A stretch of DNA of 64,000 bases from Octopus sinensis (Eukaryota), in NCBI RefSeq assembly GCF_006345805.1, contig NC_043014.1, forward strand, positions 32,426,001 through 32,490,000, given 5' to 3'. Positions within the stretch are counted from its first letter, which is position 1. Each line of letters starts with the position of its first letter. The translations under genes and the position numbers were made by a program. Shown piece by piece: positions 11,913 to 24,889 of the stretch. Below the pieces are notes generated by a model. It made no database searches and was not told where the DNA came from. It worked only from the letters and a program-made list of their open reading frames with translations.

Positions 11913-12800
11913 GCAGTTTAATGCTGGAAAATTTTAAGCACTGCATTATCAACTCACGAATGCACTACAGCCTGTATATAAAGGACCCGAAAGCACTACA
12001 GTCCCAGGGTCACAGGCAGTGAAGGACTTGGGGATTAGTATGGGCAATGACACATCATTTTATATGCACATAACAAAGATGGCAGCAAAGTGCAGACAAC
12101 TGGCAGAATGGATACTGAGGTTCTTCAAGACAAGAGACCAAGAAATTATGTTGACCCTGTGGAGAACCTTTATTCTCAACTGTCTGGACTACTGCTCCAA
12201 GTAATGGTCACCACATAGTGCCAAACTGACTGCAGAACTATATTGTATATATATAATATATTTATATACACACAAGTAGTGAGGATTTAAATTTCCTAAC
12301 AGCAGAACTTGAAGCAGTCCAATGCCACTACACTAAAAATATTGAAACAGTGCAGTAGATGAGCTACAGGGATAGGCTGAAAAAAATGCAGCATCACTCC
12401 CTGGAATGAAGGCGTGGCAGATACGCAATAATCTACATATGGAAAACTCTAGAAGGGCTAGAACCTATTATCAGCATTGAGTGTTATACAAATGCCAGAA
12501 CTGGCCACCATTGTATTGTACCAAAGGTAACATCCACTCCATCTAAATTCAGGACCAGGTACTTCAATAGATAATTGTTCAAAGGTCCATGGCTCTTCAA
12601 AGCCCTACCACAAAAATTAAGAAATCTGCATAAGGTGAAAGTAGATGTTTTCAAAAAGGAAGTAGACATGCTTCTCTCCACAATCCTGGATGAACCAACA
12701 GCCTGAAATGAGGTGCAGATGAGGACAGTGGAATCAGACTCCCTTATGCACCAAATGGGCCAAGAGCTGGGACAAAGGCACATACAGGAGTGGTGAAACA
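11913..12800 (+). mobile_element. CR1/L2-type LINE 3' fragment, interrupted by a 56-bp insert
   Basis: KDLGISMGNDTSFYMHITKMAAKCRQLAEWILRFFKTRDQEIMLTLWRTFILNCLDYCS, then LEAVQCHYTKNI ... RRGRYAIIYIWK (CR1 LDYC/RRxRxD region). Confidence 0.88.
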
Positions 12801-12962
12801 CCCCAGACTGAGAAAATCAGAAAGACCACGGTGGTGCTCCCGCATGACTGCAGTCGCATGGCTGAAACAAGTAAAAATAATAAAAAAAATATAATATATA
12901 TATATATATGTATATAAGCTTGGTAATAAAATCAGAAAAATAGAACACAAAATATGAATATA

Positions 12963-13358
12963 TACAGAGTGTGGTGAATACATTGATGTCTAAATTAAGC
13001 AAAAGTGAAAATAACACTCGTTTTAACAGTCATATTTACCAAAATTATATAAAAATATCTTGAAATTCTGAAGAGTAGATTTGTTCAAGAAAATCACCAT
13101 TGGCTTCAACCACGACCTCTAGATGTCTTTGGAATCTCTTACGACTCTTCTGAAGTCTGCTTGTTTAAGTTGCCTTGAGTTCATCTTCGGTGTCACAAAG
13201 AGTTTTGTTGGTCTCTCACTCAACTGTACCCCACATATAATAATCAAAGGGGTTCCAGTCCGGGGAGTTAGGTGGCCAAATGTTAGTGGTGTTGTGGTCG
13301 CAGAAATTGTCTGACAGCCATGACTGGGTTCTCCTGCTTGTGTGACATGGCGCAGAGT
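12963..13358 (-). mobile_element. maT (DD37D) transposon 3' end with TIR
   Basis: SAPCHTSRRTQSWLSDNFCDHNTTNIWPPNSPDWNPFDYYMWGTVE; TA + CAGAGTGTGGTGAATA terminus at 12963. Confidence 0.88.
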
Positions 13359-13666
13359 TCTTCCCCACCCAGCTGATTCCACAGACCTTTCTTTTATCAG
13401 CTACCATTTTTTCAAGCACCTTGATGGTTTCCTGCAAGAGAAGGAGTTCAAAAATCAAACCAATGCTGAAAGTGCATTCAAAGAGTTCATCAGCTCCAGA
13501 ACTCCAGATTTTTATGTTACTGGAATAAACAAACTTGTAACTCATTGGCAAAAATGTGTTGATTGCAATGATACTTACTTTGCCGAATAAAATTTCCGTA
13601 GTGTTGAAATATATTGCGATGAATTTCATGTTTCAAAGTGTCACTTACCTTTTACACAACCTAGTA
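13357..13666 (+). mobile_element. Mariner (Hsmar1-like) transposon 3' end with TIR
   Basis: VLPHPADSTDLSFISYHFFKHLDGFLQEKEFKNQTNAESAFKEFISSRTPDFYVTGINKLVTHWQKCVDCNDTYF*. Terminus reverse complement TA-CTAGGTTGTGTAAAAGGTAAGTG. Confidence 0.9.
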
Positions 13667-13929
13667 TATATATATATAATTCAATCAGCAGAAGTAAAGG
13701 GTATTTAATAAGTGCCAATGTATGCAATGCTCAACTCTTGAGTCACATTGTAATTTCTGCCAGTTAGATAATATATATCATCATCATCATCATCATCATC
13801 ATTTAGCGTCCGTTTTTCCATGTAGCATGGGTTGGACGGTCAACTGGGGTCTGGGGAGCCCGAAGGCTGCACCAGGCCAGTCAGATCTGGCAGTGTTTCT
13901 ACAGCTGGATGCCCTTCCTAACGCCAACC

Positions 13930-15440
13930 ACTCCGAGAGTGTAGTGGGTGATTTTATGTGCCACCGACACATGGTGCCAGACGAGGCTGGCGAACGGCCA
14001 CGCTCGGATGGTGTTTTTATGTGCCACCGACACAGGTGCCAGACGAGGCTGGCAGACGGCCACGCTCGGATGGTGTTTTTATGTCCACCGACACAGGTGC
14101 CAGATGAGGCTGGCAGGTGCCAGACGAGGCTGGCAGACGGCCACGCTCGGATGGTGTTTTTATGTGCCACCGAACACAGGTGCCAGATGAGGCTGGCGGA
14201 CGGCCACGATCGGATGGTGTTTGTTACGTCCACAAAGCACGTAGTCCAGTCTATGCGGTACTGGCTACGGCCACGTTCGGATGATTTTCTTGTGTGCCAC
14301 CGGCACTGGTACCACAAAGATACAAATTCCATTATGTTCATCTATTTTGATTTGTTTTGATTTGATTTGATTTGATTTTCACTTGCCTCAACAGGTCTTC
14401 ACAAGTTCACTTGCCTCAACAGGTCTTCACAAGTGTCACAAGAAGGAAGGTATGCACAGGTGGACTGTCTACGTCGCCGGGTCTTCGGATGGTGTCTTTA
14501 TGTGCCACCGACACAGGTGCCAGATGTGGCTGGCGAACGGCCACGATCGGATGGTTTTCTTGTGTGCCACCGGTACTGGAACCACAAAGATACAAATTCC
14601 ATTGATGTTCATCTATTTTGATTTGGTTTGATTTGATTTTCACTTGCCTCAACAGGTCTTCACAAGTGTCACGCGTGTCACACACTTGCCTCAACAGGTC
14701 TCCACAAGTGTCACACACTTGCCTCTGCCTCAACAGGTCTTCACAAGTGTCACACACTTGCCTCTGCCTCAACAGGTCTTCACAAGGTCATAAGAGGGAA
14801 GGTATGCACAGGTGGACTGACTACGTGCGGGTCTTTGGATGGTGTTTTTATGTGCCACCGACACAGGTGCCAGGTGAGGCTGGCGAACGGCCACGATCAG
14901 ATGGTGTTTGTTGTGCCCACAGCACGGAGGCCAGTCGATGCGGTACCAGCTACGGCCACTTCGATGGTTTTCTTGTGTGCCACCGGTACTGGAACCACAA
15001 AGATACAAATTCCATTGATATTCATCTATTTTGATTTGGTTTGATTTTCACTTGCCTCAACAGGTCTTCACAAGGGTCACACACTTGCCTCAACAGGTCT
15101 CCACAAGTGTCACACACTTGCCTCTGCCTCAACGGTCTTCACAAGTGTCACACACTTGCCTCAACAGGTCTTCACAAGTTCATAAGAGGGAAGGTATGCA
15201 CAGGTGGACTGACTACGTCGCCGGGTCTTCGGATGGTGTCTTTATGTGCCACCGACCACAGGTGCCAGATGAGGCTGGCGACGGCCACGATCGGATGTGT
15301 TTGTTGTGCCCACAGCACGGAGGCCAGTCGATGCGGTACCAGCTACGGCCACTTCGGATGGTTTTCTTGTGTGCCACCGGTACTGGAACCACAAAGATAC
15401 AAATTCCATTGATATTCATCTAATTTGATTTGGTTTGATT
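13930..15440. repeat. Nested tandem array (about 270-415 bp units with ~57-bp and ~33-bp subunits) growing out of a family-B element
   Basis: Repeats of GATGGTGTTTTTATGTGCCACCGACACAGGTGCCAGA..GGCCACG and CACTTGCCTCAACAGGTCTTCACAAG; the block ACAAAGATACAAATTCCATT occurs 4 times. Confidence 0.9.
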
Positions 15441-15492
15441 TGGTTTTGTATGTATTCCTATGTGTATGTGTATATATATATAATATATATAC

Positions 15493-15524
<32 letters not shown>

Positions 15525-15671
15525 TTATGTATTTGTATGTATGTATGTATGTATGTTATATGTATGTTATATGTACACATGCATTTGTACATTATAAAGA
15601 TGTATGTGGTTGGGGATGAACGTGTATATGTGCATGTATGTAATTGTGTGTACTTATGAAGAAAGAGATAG

Positions 15672-15758
<87 letters not shown>

Positions 15759-15775
15759 CAGATAGATAGAGAGAC

Positions 15776-15847
<72 letters not shown>

Positions 15848-16251
15848 GGATGTATAGATGGATGGGGGGTTTGTACAAAAAGGCTCACATAAAGGTTCAA
15901 TGAAATGTTTGCTAGTTCATTGTTCAGCCAATGTATTTAAGTGTTCCGTTATTGAGAGATTGGACAATTATCAGATGGAATCATAATACAACATTACCAA
16001 TGAACAATGACTGCTCTACCATAATCATCTCATTGTGCCTGAATTTGTATTTCTCAATGCTATAAAAGTTTTAATCAATGCAATATACACAGTTTATATT
16101 GTTCCTTTGATGTAATGTAATAAAACATTCTGTCATGTATGTATATGTATGTGTATATGTGTATGTATAGACACACACACACAAACATATATATATAACA
16201 TATACATATGATATATACATACATATGTGTATATGTATATATATACATGTG

Positions 16252-16288
<37 letters not shown>

Positions 16289-16374
16289 GTGTGTATATGC
16301 ATATATATATATTTATATAGATAGATAGATAAATAAATAGATAGATAGACAGACCGACTGACAGACAGACAGAC

Positions 16375-16428
<54 letters not shown>

Positions 16429-17190
16429 ATATAGTATACATACATATATACATATAATACATATACATGTTTGTGCATGTGCATGTATATTCATAAAAGA
16501 CATTCTGTATATACATTGAGATGTATTTATATACATGCATTCAATCCCATATATATTTGAATGTACAGAATTATACATACACATCTACTTATCTCTCCCT
16601 CTCTCTCTCTATCTATCTCACTCTCTCTGTCACCCTCTCTCTCCTTCTCTCTCTCTTTCTCTCTATCTATCTATATATGTATGTATGTATATATATGAAT
16701 ATATTATATGTATGTATGTATGTATGAATATGTATATAGACAGGATGCACAGAAATATCTTCCATGTGTTACACACCCATTAGTGTAATGCTCGTCACAT
16801 TAAGCAAATGGTAACCATGTAGCTAACATTTCACCATTTCTTTTCTTGGTTACCATCACGGTTTGGCTTTGTTCACACCATAGCGTTTGCTATTGAGACA
16901 TATATCAAGCGTGATGAATCTGAGAGTGTGACATAGAGAGTTTTTCATCTTCAGTTCAGGCTAAAACAAAATTATGATGTGCTTGACCAAAAATCCATGA
17001 TGCTATGGTTTGAAAATATCAGGACCACATTTTCAGTGCTAGAAAAAAATTACATAGAAATTTCAGAGCATTTAGTCTCCAGAAAATATCCAAACTGTGA
17101 AACAGTCTGTCTTTATGTAATTTCTTAAAGATAAATAGGTAGATATAGATATAGTTACACACACACACACGCCTGCATGCACACATGCAC

Positions 17191-17231
<41 letters not shown>

Positions 17232-17329
17232 TACACGCATTCATGCATACACATACATCTCTATATAAGAATGCATTTGTGTATCAGATTAAAATATTTT
17301 TGCATGCAAGTCTGTGTGATAGTCTCCAT

Positions 17330-17945
17330 GGCACAGGAGTGGCCATGTGGTCATAGGCTTAGGAGGGGCTGTGCACTAAGTAGCTTGCTTACCAACCATA
17401 TGGTTCCGAGTTCAGTCCCACTGTGTGGTACCTTGGACAAGTGTCTTCTACTATAGCCTCGGGCCGACCAAAGCCTTGTAAATGAATTTGGTAGACGGAA
17501 ACTGAAAGAAGCCCATCATATATATGTATATGTATGTGTGTGTATATGTTTATGTGTCTGTGTTTGTCCCCCCAACATCGCTTGACAATCGATGCTGGTG
17601 CGTTTACGTCCCCATAACTTAGTGGTTCAGCAAAAGAGACCGATAGAATAAGTACTAGGCTTACAAAGAATAAGTCCCGGGGTCGAGTTGCTCGACTAAA
17701 GGCAATGCTCCAGCATGGCCACAGTCAAATGACTGAAACAAGTAAAAGAGTAAAAGAGTATATATATATATATGTTTCAGTTTCCGTTTACCAAATCCAC
17801 TCACAAGGCTTTGGTCAGCCCAAAACTATAGTAGAAGACACTTGCCCAGGGTTCCACGTAGTGGGATTGAACCCAGAACCATTTGCTCGACTAAAGGTGG
17901 TGCTCCAGCATGGCCACAGTCAAATGACTGAAACAAGTAAAAGAG
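17330..17945 (+). mobile_element. SINE family A plus inverted partial head (17775-17880) and duplicated tail (17880-17945)
   Basis: Head-to-tail match; the adjacent segments match head (reverse) and tail (forward). Confidence 0.85.
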
Positions 17946-18419
17946 TATACAAGGAGTTTTTGTCAACTTTGTTATGTAATAGGTATATGCTATGAATTCT
18001 CGGTTTGATTTACCACTAAAACTTTGACTTTAACTGCAAATGAAAAATGTCGTGTTGAGTCTGCTTATCTAAGGTGGCTAGAAGTGGTTTCTCCTTGAGC
18101 AAGCAGATATAAATTAAAATAAAGAATGTAAAAGCAAAACTTTTGTCATCACTTGAAAACATTTAATCTAGATAGACATTGTAAATGGATAGAGTATCTT
18201 ACAGTTGTTTCTAGAAATACCAAGCATGTGGATCATGATACTGAGTAAGGATTCCACATGAGCTAACTATTCCATCATCAGAGAGGGAGAGGTCAGAAAA
18301 ATATAAAAATGTAAATAATATAGAAATATAAAAATATATACATGTGTATGTGCATGCATGCAACAGAGCACTGGTGTATTGAGAGAATTGTATTTAGTGT
18401 GCAAAACTTTGGTCATGTG

Positions 18420-18965
18420 ATGTTGATGGATGAGGACAGTGGCATTGCTTCTCCACGACATGGTTCCAGGGTCAGTCCCACTGCATGGCACCTTGGACAA
18501 CCGCCTTTTACTATAGCTCAGGCTGACCAAAGCCTTGTGAGTGGATTTGGTAAACAGAAACTGAAAGAAGCCTGTTGTATATATACATGTGTTTGTGTCT
18601 GTGTTTATCCCCCACAACTGTTTGGCAACCACTGTTGTTGCATTTACATCTTTGTAACTTAGCAGTTCGGCAAAAGAGATCACTAGAATAAGTACCAGGC
18701 TTAAAACAGTAAGCACCAAGGTCTATTCATTCAACTAAAATTCTCTTGAAGGTGGTGCCCCAGCATGGTCACAGCCTAATGATAGAAACAAGTAAAAAGT
18801 AAAAGATTTTAAAAGATGATAACTTAAAGTGGAAGGAAGTTGTAGAAGAAGAAGACTGAGGAAGACATGGGATGAAGTATTAAAGGTCGATCTCAAAATG
18901 CTGAACTTTAAGAAGGAGATGGTAGAGGACTGAGATGTGTGGCACATTGCGGTACCTGAGAAGAC
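18420..18965 (+). mobile_element. Diverged SINE family A followed by an RTE 3'-end fragment
   Basis: SINE to about 18800; then VEGSCRRRRLRKTWDEVLKVDLKML-like RTE tail, similar to 53870-53950. Confidence 0.75.
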
Positions 18966-19361
18966 CTACCCACCACTACAGAATTGCAATCCTAAAATGA
19001 AGGTGTGGGTGCCAGTGCCATGTAATTGGCACTGGTGTTGGTGCCATGTAAAAAGCATTGGTGATGGTGCCACATAAAAAGCAACCAGTATACTCTGTGG
19101 AGTGGTTGGCATTAGGAAAAGCATCCGGCCATAGAAACCAAGCCAAAACAGACTATGGGACCTGGTATGGCCCTTGGTTTGCAAGTTCCTGTCTAGCTGT
19201 CCAACCCATGCAAGCATGAAAAATGGATGTTAAATGATGATGATGATGACAACGAGACGACGATTATGATGACAATGATGATGATGATGATGATGACGCC
19301 GACAATGACAACAACAACAACAACAACGATGATGACACTGATGATGATGATGCTGATGATG

Positions 19362-19399
<38 letters not shown>

Positions 19400-20494
19400 A
19401 CAGATAGTGCAGAATTTTCAACATTACAAAATCCCATAGTTCACCTTCAAAATCTACTCCATAAAATCAGAACAATTTCTCCAGTAATCTTATTAACCCT
19501 GTCAGAATTATTAACATATTCTTGACAATATAATTACAAAATTTAAGTTAGCTGCCCATTACTCATTTGGAGTACCACCAATTCTGTGATTAGTTGATTT
19601 AAAGCTTTTAAAGCCAAGATAAAATGTTGGCTTATTCAATTTGAAATTAAAGATAACCACTTCTCCATTTCCAGATTCCTCTTGATGGATGTATTCCCAT
19701 TTACAAAAATACTTATCACTAATGGCTAATTTTGATATTGACATTACTTTGCACACAAGGAAATCTTTTTATTCTACAACATCGAAGTAGCGAGGTAAAA
19801 TTCCTAATAATACTGTGTTAGAGAGAGCTAATACGTTAAACATGTTTGACATAGCTCCTAAGTAAATTTCAGCTGCAGTGAAATGGTCATAGAGTTCTCA
19901 AGTCTGACTGCAGACTCCTTAAACAGATTTTCCCTTAGTGAACTAGCAGCTGGCTGTTGATCATGTAGTGTGACAAAGAGGAGATGCAAAGAACTCTCAA
20001 ATCAACTTGAGAAAAGTGTAACTTAGAACAGTCAGCTTGGGAACATCTTGTTCAAGTTCGCTCACTCACACATTGTGCTGTGTGCTCTTGGGCACTGTGT
20101 TCACATCCAGAAATGATCAGAAATATACATGAATATATACATACATATAAATATATGATCAGTGTTTTAACGTCCACTTTTCCATGCTTGCATGGGTCGG
20201 ATGGATTTTATTGCGAGAGAATTTTTTTACAGCTGAATGGCTTTCCTGTCACCAGCCCCTCATGTTTCCATGCAAGGTAATATTTCCACATGGTCAGGCA
20301 TGACCTCACAAAATATTTAGAAATAAATTACACTCATTTCCAACCATCATGTGATATCAGAACAAGGAAACACAAACATACACACATTCACACATGCATA
20401 CACACAAACACACATACTCACACACACATACACACACATACACATATATATACATACCTATACGCATCTATACATATATTTATATGTATAGATG

Positions 20495-20535
<41 letters not shown>

Positions 20536-20569
20536 TATATATATATAAATATATATAATGATAAATCTC

Positions 20570-20911
20570 AGAGCGAGTTATAAACAGTAGCAGCAACACA
20601 TCGTGACGTATATTTGCCATTTGAATATGGCTAATCCCTAAGGGTGAATGCTACTGTAGTTTGTAGCCCCAAGAGGACACCTCCTCCAGCTGGCTATAGA
20701 CACACTTTCTGTGCCCTATCAGTATTTGCAAAGGGAAGCCATCCTTCCCGTCTTCAACTCATGATACACACGGACTCGAGTTTCAGGATATTGACCTGTC
20801 ATCGGCATGTGACAATCATAGTTGTCGATTAGGGCACAGAAAGTGTGTCTATAGCCAGCTGGAGTAGCATTCACCCTTAGGGGTTAGCCATATTCAAATG
20901 GCAAATATACG

Positions 20912-20912
<1 letters not shown>
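20570..20912. mobile_element. Foldback PLE-type pseudo-LTR element carrying hammerheads
   Basis: 20605-20654 plus 20687-20718 are reverse complements of 20830-20912; the spacer holds HHR motifs on the minus strand. Confidence 0.8.
20767..20811 (-). ncRNA. Minimal type I hammerhead ribozyme, structurally complete (U4C core variant)
   Basis: CACAUG-CCGAUGA-C-AGG(UCAAUAU)CCU-GAAA-CUCGAG-UC/CGUGUG. 6-bp stem I, palindromic helix III ACUCGAGU, GUC cleavage triplet. Confidence 0.85.
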
Positions 20913-21004
<92 letters not shown>

Positions 21005-21007
21005 CAC

Positions 21008-21040
<33 letters not shown>

Positions 21041-21053
21041 TATATATATACAC

Positions 21054-21089
<36 letters not shown>

Positions 21090-21093
21090 TATA

Positions 21094-21148
<55 letters not shown>

Positions 21149-23124
21149 GAGATAAAGCCAGTTTATGGGATTACCCTGGGTTTCATGTCCATAAAGGGCT
21201 TAGCTTTACAGCATGTCATCAGATCCTAAAACCTGTTGGCTTAATGCCCCTCTAGCGAGTGGTTTTATATATAGTTTATGTACACATTATGCTGATGCCT
21301 CTCCATAAATTTGACCACTCTTTGTTGGTGTTGTTGCATTCACAATCCTTAAATGAACTTACTCTGCTGAAAGTCATTCCATCGAGATTTCAAGATGGTA
21401 AATACTGGTTTGAGAGAGAATTAGCTGCCAGTTTTGCATGCTGAGCCACGATGTAGAGGCCCACACATTGGCTTTCAAGAATTGGGCTGTTGATGATGTA
21501 GTTGCTGAAAATGGTGGTGGAGGAGGAGATGGTGGCAGTGGTTCCAATGTTGCTACTGTTGTTGGTAGTGAATATGTTGGTTGGAGATGTTGATATAAGT
21601 GTTGGTGGTGGTGATATCATAGTTGTGTTTGAGGTACTAATGTTGTTCCCGATGTTGCTGTGGTGGTAATGCTGATGGTAATATTGATGGTGGTAGTAGT
21701 TGTGGTTGTGGGGGTGGTGGTGGGTGGGTTGTAGCTGGGGGATGGTGGCTGGTGTTGGATGAATGCTGGTGAATTGATGACTTAATAATTATCATTATCT
21801 CGTTAACTTCTTAATTTGAAATTATCCAATTCACATCGATCTGTTAAAAGAAAAAAAAAAACCCTTAACACATCTGTGTATTGTAAATATATTTAAATTG
21901 GGAGAAATCTGATAATTATGGCTGCTTGTAATGTAATTAATTCCTCAAAGATTTTCAAGGAATTTTCTCACCTTGATCTAATATTTTTTATATATATTTG
22001 TTAACTTTGTTTTCTCAGTTAAATACATACATAAATATATAATATATAATATATAATATATATATATATAATACATATATGTAATATATATATATATATG
22101 TGTGTGTATATATATATATATATATTATATATTATATATATATACATATATAACATATATATGTATATATGTATATATGTATGTATATATATATTTATAG
22201 ATATACATAGACACAAATACATTTAGGCATATATATCTATAGATAATTATATACATACATCCATATATGTGTATATATATATATAAAGATATATATATAT
22301 ACACATATAAATATATATGTATGTATCTTTCTCTCTCTCCCTCTTACAATATATATATATATATATACATGGAAACTGTCAGATGTATAACATATGAATA
22401 TATATATTTATATATAATTGCACACACACACATATATAGATATACATATATATATCTGTATATATACACATATGTATATATATATATATTTACATACATA
22501 CACACACATATATATATATGAACATGCATATACATGTATGTGATATAAGTACATGTATCAGTATGTGTGTGTGTATACATATATGTGTATGTGTATATGT
22601 GTGTGTGTGTGTGAGTGTATATACATACTTAGATGTTACAGGGTAGGTATATACACACATATATATATACATGGACATGTGTATATATGGATGTGATATG
22701 TGTATATATTTCTGTGTATATAAGTATGTGTATATATGTATGTGTATATATGTATGTGTATATACATATATGTGCATGTATATATATATGTGTGTGTTTG
22801 CGTGCGCTTGCGTGTGTGTGTGTGTGTATGAGTGCATATACATACATATATTTTTCAGTGTAGGTATATACACACGCATATGTGTCAGTGTGTATGCTTA
22901 TATATATAATCACACATACAGAGACATTTTGGGGATAAGTATTAATTTTCAAATTTTTGTATCTCTTATATTTTTTAATAGTCTGTGAAAATTTATTTGA
23001 AGTTTTAAAATTTATCGCAGATAAGTTTGTTAGCTTTAAAGACGACTGTGGGACACAGTGCAGGCTTTAAAGGAGGATGATCGAACAATTTTGAACAGAT
23101 TATCTATAATTAGTTAACATATAG

Positions 23125-23530
23125 GTGCAGGAGTGGCTGTGTGGTAAGTAGCTTGTTTACCAACCTCATGGTTCCGGGTTCAGTCCCACTGTGTGGCACC
23201 TTGGGCAAGTGTCTTCTACTATAGCCTCGGGCTGTCCAAAGCCTTGTGAGTGGATTTGGTTGACGGAAACTGAAAGAAGCCCGTCGTATATATGTATATA
23301 TATATATATGCGTGTGTGTGTTTGTGTGTCTGTGTTTGTCCCTCTAGCATTGCTTGACAACCGATGCTGGTGTTTTTATGTCCCCGTCACTTAGCGGTTC
23401 AGCAAAAGAGACCGATAGAATAAGTACTGGGCTTACAAAGAATTAGTCCTGGGGTCGATTTGATTGACTAAAGGCGGTGCTCCAGCATGGCCGCAGTCAA
23501 ATGACTGAAACAAGTAAAAGAGTAAAAGAG
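23125..23530 (+). mobile_element. SINE family A (near consensus)
   Basis: Full copy with A/B-box-like head and GTAAAAGA tail repeats. Confidence 0.93.
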
Positions 23531-23762
23531 TATATATTCATTCATTTGTTCATTTTTACATCCATTTTTTCCATGTTTACATGGGTTAGATGAATTGGTT
23601 ATTGAGGCATTGTTTTACAATTGAATACTCTTCCTGTCATTAATCCTTACTTGTTTCTCAAATAAGCATCTTTGATTCTTATGTGATTTTGAAGGTATGA
23701 AGGCATGTGATTTTGGTGGCTTGTTGACAGAAGAATTTACAGACACATGTGCATGCTTGCAT

Positions 23763-23809
<47 letters not shown>

Positions 23810-23864
23810 TGCACACACGCACATATACACACACACACACAGATATACACACATTATTCTTTTA

Positions 23865-24180
23865 TTCTTTTGTTCTTTTACTTGTTTCAGTCATTTGACT
23901 GTGGCCCTGCTGGAGCACTGCCCTCAAGAGTTTTAATCAAACAAATTGACCCCAGAAGTCTTTTTTTTTAGGCCTTGTACTTCTTATATCGGTCTCTTTT
24001 CCAGAACCACTAATTCACAGGGATGTAAACGCACCAACACCAGTTGTCAAGTAGTGATGTGTAGGACAAATGCTCACACACACACACACATATACGATGA
24101 GCTTCTTTCAGTTTCCATCTACCAAATCCACTCACAAGGCCTTGGTCGACCAGAGGCTATAGTAGAAGACATTTGCCTAG
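23865..24180 (-). mobile_element. SINE family A, 5'-truncated
   Basis: Reverse match to body and tail. Confidence 0.88.
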
Positions 24181-24184
24181 GACC

Positions 24185-24370
24185 ATGTGGTCCTAGGCAA
24201 CTAAATTGTCTTCCCATCATCATGGAGGTGTTCCAAATGGTTTTTTTCTTATCTCTTAGATTCCACTCAGCAGCTGCACAAGTCCACTTGTTGTTTGTAA
24301 ACCTTGTAATGTGTCCAGCTCATCAGTATTTGTACTTTTAGTACTCTGCAATCAAACTGTTTGCTGTGTT
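24185..24370 (-). mobile_element. RTE LINE 3' fragment
   Basis: WAGHITRFTNNKWTCAAAEW-like translation; same family as 9880-10210. Confidence 0.75.
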
Positions 24371-24889
24371 GTTGAAATGCTAATATGAAATTTGCAAAAT
24401 AACATGGGAAATTATATGCAATATAAAACCAAAAAGAAAAAATTCATAAATTTATATGGTAAATTTATATGCATACATACATACATACATACATACATAC
24501 ATAGATGCATACATACATACATACATGCATACATACAAAGATGTAGGACTAGTTCTCAGACAGACTCAAAACAGATCTTGAAGAGTGAGAGCATGTCCTT
24601 GATGAGGTCTAGAATACCAACAAAATGTCTCTGACAGAGAAGACAAACAACCAATTGATTGTTCAATCAACACATTAAACAAACAACTGAATAGTTAATT
24701 GCTAAAATAAAGAAGTGGTACTGAACCTGTGTGCGTGCTATTATTATTTGCATAATGACCCTCCCTAATCACAACAAGATTTGTTTCAATACACAAATTT
24801 GGTTTGGGTTTAAAAGTTCAAAGAGGACTAAACCTTTCATATCCCACCAAACAGATTACAACACCTTACGTGGGTGAAAACCTCCTTTA

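Noticed and set aside
13930-15440. Repeat-spacer-like pattern resembling a CRISPR array
   Set aside because: The intervening segments are themselves repeated, there are no unique spacers or cas genes, and the context is eukaryotic.
19559-19756. 65-aa minus ORF in unique sequence (KWEYIHQEESGNGEVVIFNF...)
   Set aside because: Non-ATG start, no recognisable domain, no clear splice sites.
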